DNA of 64,000 nucleotides. It comes from an uncultured beta proteobacterium (GTDB lineage: Bacteria; Pseudomonadota; Gammaproteobacteria; Burkholderiales; Casimicrobiaceae). The notes under the pieces are model-generated. The model ran no database searches. It was not told the DNA's origin and saw only the letters and a list, made by a program, of their open reading frames with translations. Position 1 is the first letter of the stretch. Every line of letters starts with the position of its first letter. Location of the stretch: the NCBI GenBank assembly GCA_963756765.1, contig CAVWPC010000007.1, forward strand, positions 4,821 through 68,820. Reading direction: 5' to 3'. Made by a program: the position numbers and the translations under genes. Positions 41,638 through 53,265 of this stretch are shown piece after piece.

Positions 41638-42831
41638 CTTGCCGGATGCGAAGGGGCACTTCGGTCCGTACGGCGGGGTGTTCGTTGCCGAGACGCTGAT
41701 GCGCGCGCTCGACGAACTCAAGGCACAGTATGCGCATTACCGGCACGATGCCGACTTTCGCGCGGAGCTCACGCGTGAACTGAAGCACTATGTCGGCCGG
41801 CCATCGCCGGTGTACCACGCGGAGCGCTGGTCGCGCGAGCTTGGAGGCGCGCAGATCTGGCTGAAGCGCGAGGATCTGAATCACACCGGTGCGCACAAGA
41901 TCAACAACGTGATCGGGCAGGCGCTGCTCGCCAAACGCCTCGGCAAGCCGCGCGTGATCGCGGAAACGGGCGCCGGCCAGCACGGTGTGGCGACGGCGAC
42001 GATCGCCGCGCGCTACGGCATGGAATGCGTCGTCTACATGGGTTCGGAGGACGTCAAGCGGCAGGCGCAGAACGTCTACCGGATGAACCTGCTCGGTGCC
42101 ACCGTGGTGCCGGTCGAGTCCGGTTCGAAGACGCTCAAGGACGCACTGAACGAGGCCATGCGCGACTGGGTCACCAACGTCGAGACGACGTTCTACATCA
42201 TCGGCACGGTCGCGGGTCCGCATCCCTACCCGATGATGGTGCGCGATTTCCAGCGGGTCATCGGCGACGAATGCGTCGAGCAGATGCCGGCGTATGCCGG
42301 TCGCCAGCCCGATGCCGTCATCGCCTGTGTCGGCGGCGGCAGCAACGCGATGGGCATCTTCTATCCATACATCGGTCATCAGGGTGTCGAACTGATCGGC
42401 GTCGAGGCAGGAGGCGAGGGCATCGGGACCGGGCGCCACTCGGCGTCGCTGACCGCGGGGCGTCCCGGCGTGCTGCACGGCAATCGCACGTACCTCTTGC
42501 AGGATGCGAACGGCCAGATCACCGAAACACACTCGGTGTCCGCCGGTCTCGACTATCCGGGCGTCGGCCCGGAGCACGCGTGGCTCAAGGATTCGCGCCG
42601 TGCCCGGTACGTGACTATCGACGATGACGAGGCGCTGGCGGCTTTTCATGCCTGCTGCCGCATCGAGGGCATCATTCCGGCGCTCGAATCGTCGCATGCG
42701 CTGGCCTACGCGGTGAAGCTCGCGCCCACGCTTGCGAAAGACCGTATCCTGCTCGTCAATCTTTCGGGGCGCGGCGACAAGGACATGGCGACCGTCGCCG
42801 AACGCGACGCGCTGCGCAAGGCAAGCCGCCA

Positions 42832-42835
<4 letters not shown>
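41624..42835 (+). CDS. trpB: Tryptophan synthase beta chain
   Basis: [47 protein letters not shown]. Confidence 0.98.
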
Positions 42836-43650
<815 letters not shown>

Positions 43651-43692
43651 CGACAGCTCGACAGCGATGGACTGCGGAGGAGCATTGCGTCG

Positions 43693-44559
43693 ATGAGCTG
43701 GTTGCAGAAACTGCTTCCGCCGCGCATCAAACGTACACCGGGCGAGCGACGGACACCGGTGCCCGAGGGCCTGTGGATCAAGTGCCCGTCGTGCGAAGCG
43801 GTCCTGTATCGCACCGACCTCGAGCAGAATCTCAACGTGTGTCCGAAGTGCGCTCATCACTCGCGGGTCGGCGCCCGCGAGCGCATCGAACAGCTGCTCG
43901 ATGTGGAAGGACGCTTCGAGATCGGTTCCGAAGTGGTGCCGGTCGACAGTCTCAAGTTCAAGGATCAGAAGAAGTATCCGGATCGTCTGTCGGCTGCACT
44001 CGAGGAGACCGGGGAGACGGACGCGATCGTGGTCATGCAGGGCAGCATCCGCAGCGTGCCCGTGGTCCTCGCGGCGTTCGAGTTCGACTTCATGGGCGGG
44101 TCGATGGGGTCGGTCGTCGGCGAGCGGATGGTGCGCGGCGTGCGCGTTGCGTTCGAGAATCGCGTGCCGTTCGTCTGCGTAGCATCGTCCGGCGGCGCGC
44201 GCATGCAGGAAGGCGTGAACTCGCTGTTCCAGATGGCCAAGACGACGGCGGTGCTCCAGGAATTGAACAAGGCGCGCCTGCCCTTCGTGTCGCTGCTCAC
44301 CGATCCCACGATGGGGGGCGTATCGGCGTCGTTCGCCTTCGTTGCCGACATCGTCATCGCCGAACCCGGCGCGCTGATCGGCTTCGCCGGACCGCGGGTG
44401 ATCGAACAAACCGTGCGGGAAAAGCTGCCGGAAGGCTTTCAACGCGCCGAGTTCCTCCTCGAGAAGGGCGCGCTCGACCTCATCATCGACCGCCGCCAGC
44501 TGCGCGACGAACTCGCGGGCCTCCTGTCCGCGCTGACCCGGCGGCCGGCGCCGACCTGA
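43693..44559 (+). CDS. accD: Acetyl-CoA carboxylase carboxyltransferase beta subunit
   Basis: Zn finger CPSC...[31 protein letters not shown]. Confidence 0.98.
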   Translation: MSWLQKLLPPRIKRTPGERRTPVPEGLWIKCPSCEAVLYRTDLEQNLNVCPKCAHHSRVGARERIEQLLDVEGRFEIGSEVVPVDSLKFKDQKKYPDRLSAALEETGETDAIVVMQGSIRSVPVVLAAFEFDFMGGSMGSVVGERMVRGVRVAFENRVPFVCVASSGGARMQEGVNSLFQMAKTTAVLQELNKARLPFVSLLTDPTMGGVSASFAFVADIVIAEPGALIGFAGPRVIEQTVREKLPEGFQRAEFLLEKGALDLIIDRRQLRDELAGLLSALTRRPAPT

Positions 44560-44613
44560 CGTCGGTCCGCGCAGTTTGCCGCCGCGCCGACGCGAGGCTG
44601 TCGCCCGCACGCA

Positions 44614-45896
44614 ATGACGCGTCCCGCCACACTCGATGGTTGGCTCGCGTATCTCGAAACGCTGCATGCCAGGCCGATTGCGCTGGGACTCGATCGCGTG
44701 CGCGCGGTCTACGAGCGTCTCGGCGTATCGATTGCCTGCCCGGTCATCACCGTCGCGGGGACCAACGGCAAAGGCTCCACCTGCGCGCTGCTCGCGGCGA
44801 TGCTCCGCGCAGCGGGGTACCGGGTCGGGCTCTACCTGTCACCGCACCTGTCGCGCTACAACGAGCGGGTGCGCCTGCCCGCCGGCGAGGCGTCCGATGC
44901 GGAACTGCTCACCGCCTTCGCTGCGGTCGAGGATGCGCGCGTTCGGGGCGACGGCCCCGGCGGGGCGCACGCCGCTCACCTACTTCGAGTTCGGCACGCT
45001 GGCCGCGCTGTGGCTGTTCGCGCGGGCGCGCCTCGACGCGCTGGTCCTCGAGGTCGGACTCGGTGGCCGGCTGGACGCGGTCAACATCATCGATGCCGAC
45101 GTGGCCATCCTCACCAGCGTGGCGATCGACCACGTCGACTATCTCGGCACGACGCGCGACGCGATCGGCCGCGAGAAGGCCGGCATCTTTCGCGCGCGGG
45201 CGGCCGGCCGTGTGCGCCGATCCCGACCCTCCGCCGAGCGTGGCCGTGGCCGCGACCAACGTGGGTGCGCGGCTGCTGCAGATCGGCCGCGATTTCGAAT
45301 TCCTCTCCGAAGGCGTGCAGTGGCGCTACCGCGGTCCGCAGGGCGAACGCTTCGGCCTGCCTTTCCCGGCGCTGCGCGGCGCCTATCAGTTGCGCAACGC
45401 TTCCGCCGCCTTGACCGCGCTCGACCAGTTGCGCGACCGGCTGCCGGTCGGTGCCGGCGCGGTGCGCGAAGGCCTGCTCGCGGTCGACCTTCCAGGACGC
45501 TTCCAGGTACTGCCGGGCCGTCCGACCGTGGTGCTCGATGTCGCGCACAACCCGCATGCTGCGCACGCGCTGGCGGAGGGCCTGGGTACCATGGGATTCC
45601 ATCCGCAGACCATTGCGGTATGTGGGATGCTCGCCGACAAGGATGTACAGGCCGTGGTCGCTGCGTTGAAGCCGCGGGTCGACCGCTGGCATGTCGTACC
45701 GCTGCCCGGCCCGCGGGGCGCTTCGGCCGAGCATTTGCGCGAAGCGCTGGTCGCCGCCGGCGTCGATCCCCAAGCCGTGCGCACGTTCGATTCGGTCGCC
45801 CAGGCACTGGCGGCGGCGAAGGAGGCGGCGGGCGAGGCTGATAGAATCGTGGTGTTCGGTTCGTTTCTCACCGTCGCTGCGGCGCAGGCCGCGTAA
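44614..45896 (+). CDS. folC: Dihydrofolate synthase/folylpolyglutamate synthase, with two +1 frameshifts (near 44965 and 45195)
   Basis: Frame 1 VAGTNGKGST, SPHLSRYNERV; frame 2 LTYFEFGT, LEVGLGGRLDAVN, IGREKAGIF; frame 3 PGRFQ, LDVAHNPHA, VVFGSF. Confidence 0.92.
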
Positions 45897-45940
45897 CAGT
45901 CCCTTCGTAGTCACTACTTCAATCGCGGGCGCATCGCATC

Positions 45941-46735
45941 ATGGCCGACACCGACGACCTCAACGTCGACGAATTGAAGCGCCGCGCGCGCCGCCGCCTG
46001 GTCGGCGCCGTCGTGCTCGCGCTGGCAGCGGCGGTGTTCGTGCCGATGCTGCTCGAAAGCGAGCCCAAGCCGCTCGGCGAAGACGTGGCGATCAAGATTC
46101 CGCCCGTGGACGACGGCAAGTTCGTCAATCGCTTGAGCGACAAGGGCAAGATTGACCCGCCGAAGGTTGAAGGCGGCGCGGTGCCGGCGGCGGGCGCCGG
46201 CGGCAAGGCGGAGATGACGAGCACCGATACCCCCGCGGACACTCCGGCTGCCGGCGAGCCCAAGTCCGCCAAGGATTCCCCGGCACCCCCAAGGAAGTCG
46301 CTGGGCGAAGCCGAGCAGAAGGTGTTGGGCGCGCCAGCAGCGGGCTCGGCCGGCACTGCCGCCAGCGCCCAGGCATCCAAACCGGCGCTGGCGGTGAGCG
46401 CCCCTCCGGCGGCGCCGAAGACCGCGCCAGCCCCCGCGCCCAAATCCGCGGCAGCCACGCCGGCGAGTGCCGCCACCAAGGGCGAAACGCCGCCGGATCT
46501 GGCGGGGGCCTTTTCGGTGCAACTCGCCGCCTTCGCCGACGACAAGGGCGCCAACGCGCTGTCGAACAAACTGAAGAAGGCGGGCTATCCGGCGTATACC
46601 GAGCCGCTCGTCACCAGCAAGGGAACCCTGTGGCGCGTGCGCGTGGGTCCCTTCCCGACCCGCGACGCGGCCACGAGTTCGCGGGACAAGTTGAAAGGTG
46701 ACGGCTACAGCGGAATCGTCGCGGCCGCACATTGA
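45941..46735 (+). CDS. dedD: SPOR-domain cell division protein (DedD-like)
   Basis: RARRRLVGAVVL TM helix, disordered linker, C-terminal SPOR VQLAAF...RVRVGPF; folC-dedD-cvpA-purF synteny. Confidence 0.85.
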   Translation: MADTDDLNVDELKRRARRRLVGAVVLALAAAVFVPMLLESEPKPLGEDVAIKIPPVDDGKFVNRLSDKGKIDPPKVEGGAVPAAGAGGKAEMTSTDTPADTPAAGEPKSAKDSPAPPRKSLGEAEQKVLGAPAAGSAGTAASAQASKPALAVSAPPAAPKTAPAPAPKSAAATPASAATKGETPPDLAGAFSVQLAAFADDKGANALSNKLKKAGYPAYTEPLVTSKGTLWRVRVGPFPTRDAATSSRDKLKGDGYSGIVAAAH

Positions 46736-46744
46736 GCATCCGGG

Positions 46745-47281
46745 ATGACGGGCTTCGACCTGGCGATCATCGGTGTGCTCGCGCTGTCGGTCCTGCTCGC
46801 TTTCTTTCGCGGCATCACCCGCGAGCTCATCGCGCTGGTCGCGTGGGTCGCGGGCATCGTGGCGGCACTGACGTTCGCACCCATGGTGGGCGGCTGGCTG
46901 CCGGAACTGGGTGGCAATCCGGCGGTCCGCTATCTGCTCGCCTTCGCCGTCATTGTCATCGTGGCGTTGCTGGTGGGGGCCTGTGTTGCCTGGCCGCTGC
47001 GCAGCTTCATCTGGAAGGCCGGGCTGGGGTTCGCCGACCGCTTCCTGGGCGCGGTGTTCGGCCTGGCTCGTGGCGTGGTCGTGATCCTGCTCTTCGTCCT
47101 CGTCGCCGGACTTACGACGCTGCCCAGACACGAATGGTGGCAAAATGCCGCCCTTGCCCTGCCATTGGCAGCCGCCGCGCTGGCGATCGCACCCTGGCTG
47201 CCGCCCGAGTGGGCCGGTGCACTTGATTACTCCCGCGAGGGCCGCACGTTGAAGGGTCAACCCGTGGACCGGAAAGCGTAG
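46745..47281 (+). CDS. cvpA: CvpA family membrane protein
   Basis: [19 protein letters not shown]; upstream of purF. Confidence 0.92.
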   Translation: MTGFDLAIIGVLALSVLLAFFRGITRELIALVAWVAGIVAALTFAPMVGGWLPELGGNPAVRYLLAFAVIVIVALLVGACVAWPLRSFIWKAGLGFADRFLGAVFGLARGVVVILLFVLVAGLTTLPRHEWWQNAALALPLAAAALAIAPWLPPEWAGALDYSREGRTLKGQPVDRKA

Positions 47282-47289
47282 ATCGCCCC

Positions 47290-48798
47290 ATGTGCGGAAT
47301 CGTCGGCGTCGTCGCCCACACCCCCGTCAACCAGCTGCTGTACGACGGCCTGCTGCTGCTGCAGCACCGCGGCCAGGACGCGGCCGGCATCGTCACCAGC
47401 GAGGGTCCGGTGTTCCACATGTACAAGGGTCCGGGCCTGGTCCAGAACGTGTTCCGCACGCGCAACATGCGCGAGCTGCTGGGCGCCGCGGGCATTGGCC
47501 ATTGTCGCTATCCGACGGCGGGTTCCGCCTTTTCGGACTCCGAATCGCAGCCGTTCTACGTCAATTCGCCCTTCGGTATCACCCTCGGGCACAACGGGAA
47601 CCTGACCAACAGCGAGGCGCTGAAGCGCGAGTTGTGGGAGCTCGATTTCCGGCACGTCAACACCAACTCCGACAGCGAAGTGCTCCTCAATGTGCTGGCG
47701 CTCGAGCTCGAACGCGCCGCGCAGCACCACCGGCTCGACCCCGAGGCGATCTTCAAGGCGGTCGCGGGCGTGCACAAGCGCTGCCGTGGCGCCTACGCGG
47801 TGGTGGCGATGATCGCCGGCTACGGGATGCTGGCGTTTCGCGATCCCTTCGGCATCCGCCCGCTCATCATCGGCAAGAACGAACAGATGGGCGGCACCGA
47901 GTACATCGCGGCGTCGGAATCGGTGGCCATCGAGCCGCTCGGCTTCCACGTTCTGCGTGACGTGGCGCCGGGCGAAGCCATCTTCGTCGACACGACCGGA
48001 AAATTCCACGCGCGGCAGTGTGCACAGGCCTCGTCGCTCAATCCCTGCATCTTCGAGTTCGTCTATCTCGCGCGGCCCGATTCGGTGATCGACGGCACCT
48101 CGGTGTACGAGGCGCGGCTCAATATGGGCGGTGCGCTGGCCGAGAAGATTCGGCGCATGCCGGAAGCGCAGGACATCGATGTGGTCATCCCGATCCCGGA
48201 CTCGAGCCGTCCATCGGCGCTCGAACTCGCCAACTGCCTCGGGCTCAAGTATCGCGAAGGCTTCGTCAAGAACCGCTACATCGGCCGCACATTCATCATG
48301 CCCGGCCAGGCGATGCGCAAGAAGAGCGTGCGGCAGAAGCTGAATCCTGTAGGCATCGAGTTCAAGGACAAGGTGGTCCTGCTGGTCGACGACTCGATCG
48401 TGCGCGGCACCACATCCCGCGAAATCGTGATGATGGCGCGTGAGGCGGGCGCCAAAAAGGTCTACTTCGCTTCCGCGGCGCCGCCGGTGCGTTATCCGAA
48501 CGTCTACGGCATCGACATGCCCAACCAGGACGAACTGGTCGCGACCGGCCGCACCGACGCGGAGATCGCGCTCGAAATCGGCGCCGATCTTCTCATCTAC
48601 CAGGAACTCGATGCGCTGAAGGACGCGGTGCGCGCGGCGAATCCCAAGCTTGTCAACTTCGAGGCATCATGCTTCGACGGCAAGTACATCACCGGCGACA
48701 TCACGGCCGATTACCTGTCGCATCTCGCCAGCGAGCGCACCGAGGCGCGCGGGCAGGCCGAGGCCGATTTGCTCGAGGAAGAAAAGCAGCCGGGCTGA
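47290..48798 (+). CDS. purF: Amidophosphoribosyltransferase
   Basis: MCGIVG N-terminal Cys, [24 protein letters not shown]. Confidence 0.98.
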   Translation: MCGIVGVVAHTPVNQLLYDGLLLLQHRGQDAAGIVTSEGPVFHMYKGPGLVQNVFRTRNMRELLGAAGIGHCRYPTAGSAFSDSESQPFYVNSPFGITLGHNGNLTNSEALKRELWELDFRHVNTNSDSEVLLNVLALELERAAQHHRLDPEAIFKAVAGVHKRCRGAYAVVAMIAGYGMLAFRDPFGIRPLIIGKNEQMGGTEYIAASESVAIEPLGFHVLRDVAPGEAIFVDTTGKFHARQCAQASSLNPCIFEFVYLARPDSVIDGTSVYEARLNMGGALAEKIRRMPEAQDIDVVIPIPDSSRPSALELANCLGLKYREGFVKNRYIGRTFIMPGQAMRKKSVRQKLNPVGIEFKDKVVLLVDDSIVRGTTSREIVMMAREAGAKKVYFASAAPPVRYPNVYGIDMPNQDELVATGRTDAEIALEIGADLLIYQELDALKDAVRAANPKLVNFEASCFDGKYITGDITADYLSHLASERTEARGQAEADLLEEEKQPG

Positions 48799-48828
48799 TC
48801 CGCGCAAGGCGGCGCCAACGACCGCCGA

Positions 48829-48858
48829 TTGACGGACCGCCCCGCGCTGCGTTATAGT
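48829..48858 (+). promoter_or_regulatory. Sigma70 promoter of the riboswitch/Met gene transcript
   Basis: TTGACG-N18-TATAGT, placing +1 at about the first base of the aptamer. Confidence 0.75.
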
Positions 48859-48863
48859 TTTTC

Positions 48864-48919
48864 TGCGCCGATTTGAAGCTTCAGCTTGCGGGCGCTTGAT
48901 AAATGCCGCTAAAGCGAGG
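48864..48919 (+). ncRNA. SAM-II class riboswitch aptamer
   Basis: GCGCC-GATTT...GCTTGC-GGGCGC-TTGATAAATGCCGCTAAAGCGAGG follows the SAM-II pseudoknot pattern (GCGCnGATTT...TTGC..GCGC..ATAAATG..GCTAAA); upstream of a Met-pathway gene. Confidence 0.82.
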
Positions 48920-48957
48920 TTCGGTCCGGCCCCGAAAATTCAGGTGCAGGACATGCG

Positions 48958-48989
48958 AGACCCGCCGGGCGGCAGCCAGCGGGTCTTTT
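48958..48989 (+). terminator. Terminator-like hairpin in the leader downstream of the aptamer
   Basis: AGACCCGC-N13-GCGGGTCT followed by TTTG (short U tract). Confidence 0.5.
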
Positions 48990-49017
48990 GCATTCCAGCG
49001 GTCGGGACGGAACCATC

Positions 49018-50265
49018 ATGAGCCAGGATAAATCCACGCGCGGTTTCACCACCGCCATACTTCATTCGGACCGCGACGCAGCGATCGAGCACGGCGCGCT
49101 GCACAAGCCGCTGCATTTGTCGGTGGCCTACGGCTACAAGGATGCGCGCGAACTCGCGGCGGTATTCCAGGGGCGGGCGCAAGGGTATGCCTACGGCAGG
49201 CAGGGCAACCCCACGTCGTCGGCGCTGGAAGCGAAGGTGACCGCCATGGAAGGCGGTGTCGGCACCGTGACGTTCGCCACCGGCATGGCGGCGATCGGCG
49301 CCATCATGCTGGCGCTGCTCAAGGCCGGCGACGACGTCGTGTCGAGCCAGTTCGTGTTCGGTAACACCAACAGCCTGCTCGCGACCCTCGAAGCGCATGG
49401 CCATCATGTATGGATGGTCGATGCGACCGACGTGGCGCAGGTGGAAGCGGCGCTCACGCCGGCCACGCGCGTCGTCTTCGTCGAAACCATCGCCAATCCG
49501 CGCGTGCAGGTGGCCGACCTCGCGCGCATCGGCGCCCTGTGCCGCGCGCGCGGCATCATGTACGTGGTCGACAACACGATGACGTCGCCGTGGCTGTTCC
49601 AGCCGCGGACCGTGCACGCGAGCCTCGTCGTCAACGCGCTGACCAAGTACATCGGCGGCCATGGCAACGCGCTGGCCGGCAGCATCACCGACACCGGGTT
49701 GTTCGACTGGACGAAATTTCCGAACATCGTCGATGCGTACAAGGGCCAGCCGCCGCGCAACTGGGGCCTGCAGCAACTGCGCAAGAAGGGGCTGCGCGAC
49801 TGGGGCGGCACGCTGGCGGCGGAGCAGGCGCATCACATCGCGGTCGGCGCGGAGACCCTTGCCTTGCGCATGGAGCGCGTCTGCGCGAATGCGCTGGCGC
49901 TCGCGCAGTGGCTCGCGCAGCAGCCGCAGGTGCGGGCCGTGCACTACCCGGGATTGGCGACGCACCCTCAGCATGCACTGGCGAAGGAACTCTTCGCCGG
50001 CTACGGCGGCCTGTTGTCGTTCGAACTGGTCGATGGCATCGACACCTTCGACTTCCTCAACCGGCTGAAGGTCGTGGTGCTGTCGTCGAACCTGGGCGAC
50101 AACCGCACGCTGGCCATTCCCGTCGCGCAGACGATCTTCTACGAAATGGGGCCGGAACGCCGCGCGGCGATGGGCATTGCCGAGTCGCTGATCCGGATCT
50201 CGGTGGGCATCGAGGATCGCGACGATCTCGTCGCCGACTTCACGCAGGCGCTACGTCAGGCGTGA
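49018..50265 (+). CDS. Cystathionine gamma-synthase / O-acylhomoserine sulfhydrylase family PLP enzyme
   Basis: YGRQGNPT, FATGMAA, ETIANP, VDNT, PLP lysine LTKYIGGHG, NLGDNRTL, IRISVGIED. Confidence 0.9.
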   Translation: MSQDKSTRGFTTAILHSDRDAAIEHGALHKPLHLSVAYGYKDARELAAVFQGRAQGYAYGRQGNPTSSALEAKVTAMEGGVGTVTFATGMAAIGAIMLALLKAGDDVVSSQFVFGNTNSLLATLEAHGHHVWMVDATDVAQVEAALTPATRVVFVETIANPRVQVADLARIGALCRARGIMYVVDNTMTSPWLFQPRTVHASLVVNALTKYIGGHGNALAGSITDTGLFDWTKFPNIVDAYKGQPPRNWGLQQLRKKGLRDWGGTLAAEQAHHIAVGAETLALRMERVCANALALAQWLAQQPQVRAVHYPGLATHPQHALAKELFAGYGGLLSFELVDGIDTFDFLNRLKVVVLSSNLGDNRTLAIPVAQTIFYEMGPERRAAMGIAESLIRISVGIEDRDDLVADFTQALRQA

Positions 50266-51158
50266 CGGCGGGCGCCGTGGGCGATGGTCCGCTCGGCCGG
50301 CTCGACCAGGCGATACACCCAGATGGCGAGCGGGATCCAGCCCAGGTAGCGCACGAAGTGGATGAGTGCGTCGTCCCAGTGCCACTCGGAGACGAGGTCG
50401 AGATGCGGCTCGAAGTGCTCCGCGATCTGACCGAGTACGGTGAGCCACACCGCGACCACCACCAGTACGGCGGCCTGTGCGCGAGCGCGGGGGGTAAGTT
50501 TCTGCAATATGGGCATGGCGACCAGTCCTCCTATGATCGCGACGTAAAGCACGGGCGGGGCCCATGCATTCGCCTCGAACCATGACTGAAGCAGGTTTTC
50601 GCTCGCGATCATCTTGGCCGCGGTCCAGCCGAGCACGGCGGCGCCGATCCACAGGATGGCCGGGAAACGCTCCACCCATTTCAGGATCAGCGTCGAGCCC
50701 CAGACCACGATCGGTATGGAAACGGCCAACCCGATGACGACCAGCAGCATCGACCCTTGCGCGGCACCGCCGACGGCGAGCACGTTGTCCACGCCCATCA
50801 CCGTGTCGGCAACGATGATGGTCTGAACCGCGCCCCGTACCGAGGCTTTGGCCTCGATCGCATGGCCGCCGCCGCCGTCGTCCTGCGTCAGTTTCCATGC
50901 GATGTAGATGAGGGCGATCCCGCCGACCAGCAGGAAACCCGGGATCAGCAGCAGATAGACGACCAGGCCGGTCAGCAGCGTACGTACGGCGATGGCACCG
51001 AAAGTCCCCCACAGGATCACCCGCTTCTGCTGCGCCTTCGGGACATGGCGTGCGGCCAGGCCGATCACGATGGCGTTGTCACCGGCCAGCACGAGGTCGA
51101 TCAGGATGATGGCGGCCAGCGCGTAGAACCAGCCGGTGGAGAAGAGTTCGGGCGTCAT
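50256..51158 (-). CDS. TerC/YjbE family membrane protein
   Basis: IILIDLVLAGDNAIVI, IIVADTVMGVDNVLAV, GLAVSIPIVVWGS. Confidence 0.92.
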   Translation of the reverse strand: MTPELFSTGWFYALAAIILIDLVLAGDNAIVIGLAARHVPKAQQKRVILWGTFGAIAVRTLLTGLVVYLLLIPGFLLVGGIALIYIAWKLTQDDGGGGHAIEAKASVRGAVQTIIVADTVMGVDNVLAVGGAAQGSMLLVVIGLAVSIPIVVWGSTLILKWVERFPAILWIGAAVLGWTAAKMIASENLLQSWFEANAWAPPVLYVAIIGGLVAMPILQKLTPRARAQAAVLVVVAVWLTVLGQIAEHFEPHLDLVSEWHWDDALIHFVRYLGWIPLAIWVYRLVEPAERTIAHGARRHA

Positions 51159-51227
51159 GTCGGGTTTCGCGTGCGGAAAAAGGGGTGCCGCCGCTACGGA
51201 ACAGTGTGCCCCGACCGAGGGGAAATG

Positions 51228-52016
51228 CTAGCTGGGAACGTCTCGTAAGAGATCGCTCGAGGTGATCGTCCGTACGTGAATCCCGGAGGCATCCGCTTCG
51301 AGGTAGTGGCCGTAGTCGTGCCAGTCGGCGAGGACCAGGCGCTCGCAGCGTGCGCCGTCGACGTCGTGTTCGTGCCGGGCCGGCCGATGCGTATGACCGT
51401 GGATCAGGCGCCGCGCTGCGTGGGTGCGCAGGGCGTCGGCCACTGCATCGGCATTGACGTCCATGATGCTCTCCGCCTTCAGCGCCTTGTCGTTGCGGCT
51501 GCGGCGTCGCAACCACCAGGCGATCGCCCGGCGCACCGGATATGGCAGCCGGCGGAGCCGCGCCTGCGTCGCGGGGTCGCGCATGCGCACACGGTATGCC
51601 TGGTACGCGACGTCGTCGGTACACAGTTCATCCCCATGACACAGCAGTGTCGGCACGCCATGGAGATCGATGCGCTCGAAGTCCGGCAGCATGGTCGCGC
51701 CGGCGGCGCGGGCGAACTCGTCGTGCAGCATGAAATCGCGATTGCCTCGGCCGACGAACAGAGGCACTCCGGCATCGGCGATGCCGCGCAACGATGCCAC
51801 CGCCGCCGCGACGAATGGGGTGCGCATCTGGTCGTCGCCGATCCACCAGTCGAAGAGATCGCCAAGGATGTACACCGCTGCCGCCGCGCGCGCAGGTCCC
51901 CGCGCGAACGTGTGAAAAGCCGCGAGCGCGGCCGGACGCTCCGGCGACAGGTGGAGGTCGGACAGGAACAGCGTGGGACGCGGCGCTGCTGCGCCGCTGA
52001 CCGCGGGATCGGCCAT
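51228..52016 (-). CDS. lpxH: UDP-2,3-diacylglucosamine hydrolase
   Basis: LSDLHL, ILGDLFDWWIGDD, GNRDF, HGDELCTDD, IHGHTHRP; follows ppiB. Confidence 0.95.
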   Translation of the reverse strand: MADPAVSGAAAPRPTLFLSDLHLSPERPAALAAFHTFARGPARAAAAVYILGDLFDWWIGDDQMRTPFVAAAVASLRGIADAGVPLFVGRGNRDFMLHDEFARAAGATMLPDFERIDLHGVPTLLCHGDELCTDDVAYQAYRVRMRDPATQARLRRLPYPVRRAIAWWLRRRSRNDKALKAESIMDVNADAVADALRTHAARRLIHGHTHRPARHEHDVDGARCERLVLADWHDYGHYLEADASGIHVRTITSSDLLRDVPS

Positions 52017-52095
52017 CGTCGGAGATCCGGCGGGAAGGGGGCGGTGCGCCGGTCCGGAGCCGGTCCCGGAAGGCACAGCCGACCCCATTGCCGCG

Positions 52096-52593
52096 TCAGC
52101 CGGGAATTTCCTCGGCCTTGATGATCAGCACGTCTTCCTTGGGCACGTTCTGGTGGAAGCCGCTATTGCCGGTAGGCACGGCCCGGATCTTGTCGACCAC
52201 GTCCTGCCCCTCGACCACCTTGCCGAACACGCAATAGCCCCAGCCGCTCGCGCTCGGGGCCTTGTAGTCCAGGAAATCGTTGTCGGCCACGTTGATAAAG
52301 AATTGCGCCGTGGCCGAGTGCGGTTCCGAGGTCCGTGCCATCGCCACCGTGTACATCTTGTTCTTGAGTCCGTTGGTCGCTTCGTTGGCAACCGGTTCCC
52401 GCGTGGGTTTCTGCTTCATGCCGGGCTCCATGCCGCCGCCCTGGACCATGAAATTGTCGATGACGCGGTGGAAGACCGTGTTGTCGTAGTGGCCTTCGCG
52501 AACGTACTGGATGAAATTGGCAACGGTTGCCGGTGCGTTCTCTGCGTCCAGTGCGAGCTTGATGTCGCCCTGCGTGGTCTTGAGCACTACCAT
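52096..52593 (-). CDS. ppiB: Cyclophilin-type peptidyl-prolyl isomerase, cytoplasmic
   Basis: [41 protein letters not shown]. Confidence 0.93.
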   Translation of the reverse strand: MVVLKTTQGDIKLALDAENAPATVANFIQYVREGHYDNTVFHRVIDNFMVQGGGMEPGMKQKPTREPVANEATNGLKNKMYTVAMARTSEPHSATAQFFINVADNDFLDYKAPSASGWGYCVFGKVVEGQDVVDKIRAVPTGNSGFHQNVPKEDVLIIKAEEIPG

Positions 52594-52628
52594 GTCGATA
52601 ACTCCTGTCGTGTACTCGTGCGGGGGCT

Positions 52629-53225
52629 TCAGCCACCGATGATCTTGGCCGACTTGATGACGACCAGCGGCGAGGGAACGTCGGCCGGATTGATACCCGG
52701 CGGTACGGACCCCGTGGCGCCCTTCTGCCCCTTGGCGATCTTGTTCACCACCTCCATGCCGTCGATCACCTTGCCGAACACCGTATAGCCGTAGCCCTGC
52801 GGGTTGGCGGCGGTGAAATCCAGGCGCACGTTGTTGTTCACGTTGATGAAGAACTGCGAGGTCGCGGAATTCGGGTCACCGGTGCGCGCCATGGCCAGTG
52901 TCCCGGCCGTGTTGGACAAGCCGGCCTTCTTCGAGGATTCGGACTCGATCGGGATGGGCGGCTTGGTCGGTTTTTGCTTGAAGTCGCTGGTGAAACCGCC
53001 GCCCTGGACCATGAAGCCGTCGATCACGCGGTGGAACTGCGTGCCTTCGTAGTGCTTGCTCTTCACGTAATCGAGAAAGTTGGCCACGGTCTTCGGCGCA
53101 GCCTCCGGATAGAGCTCGACCTTGATCGTTCCCGCGGTCGTTTCGAATTCGACCTGCGGATTGGCCGCCTGAGCCGCGGTCGTTGCCAGCGCGAATGCGG
53201 CGGCGAGGAATACATGGCGCAACAT
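52629..53225 (-). CDS. ppiA: Cyclophilin-type peptidyl-prolyl isomerase, periplasmic
   Basis: Signal peptide; [32 protein letters not shown]. Confidence 0.9.
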   Translation of the reverse strand: MLRHVFLAAAFALATTAAQAANPQVEFETTAGTIKVELYPEAAPKTVANFLDYVKSKHYEGTQFHRVIDGFMVQGGGFTSDFKQKPTKPPIPIESESSKKAGLSNTAGTLAMARTGDPNSATSQFFINVNNNVRLDFTAANPQGYGYTVFGKVIDGMEVVNKIAKGQKGATGSVPPGINPADVPSPLVVIKSAKIIGG

Positions 53226-53265
53226 CGTGGGAGTCTCCTATCAGTGATCGAATGGTGAGTCTGCG

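Noticed and set aside
51159-51227. yybP-ykoY Mn2+ riboswitch upstream of terC
   Set aside because: Gap is only about 70 nt and lacks the GGGGAGUA/GAGACC-type consensus elements.
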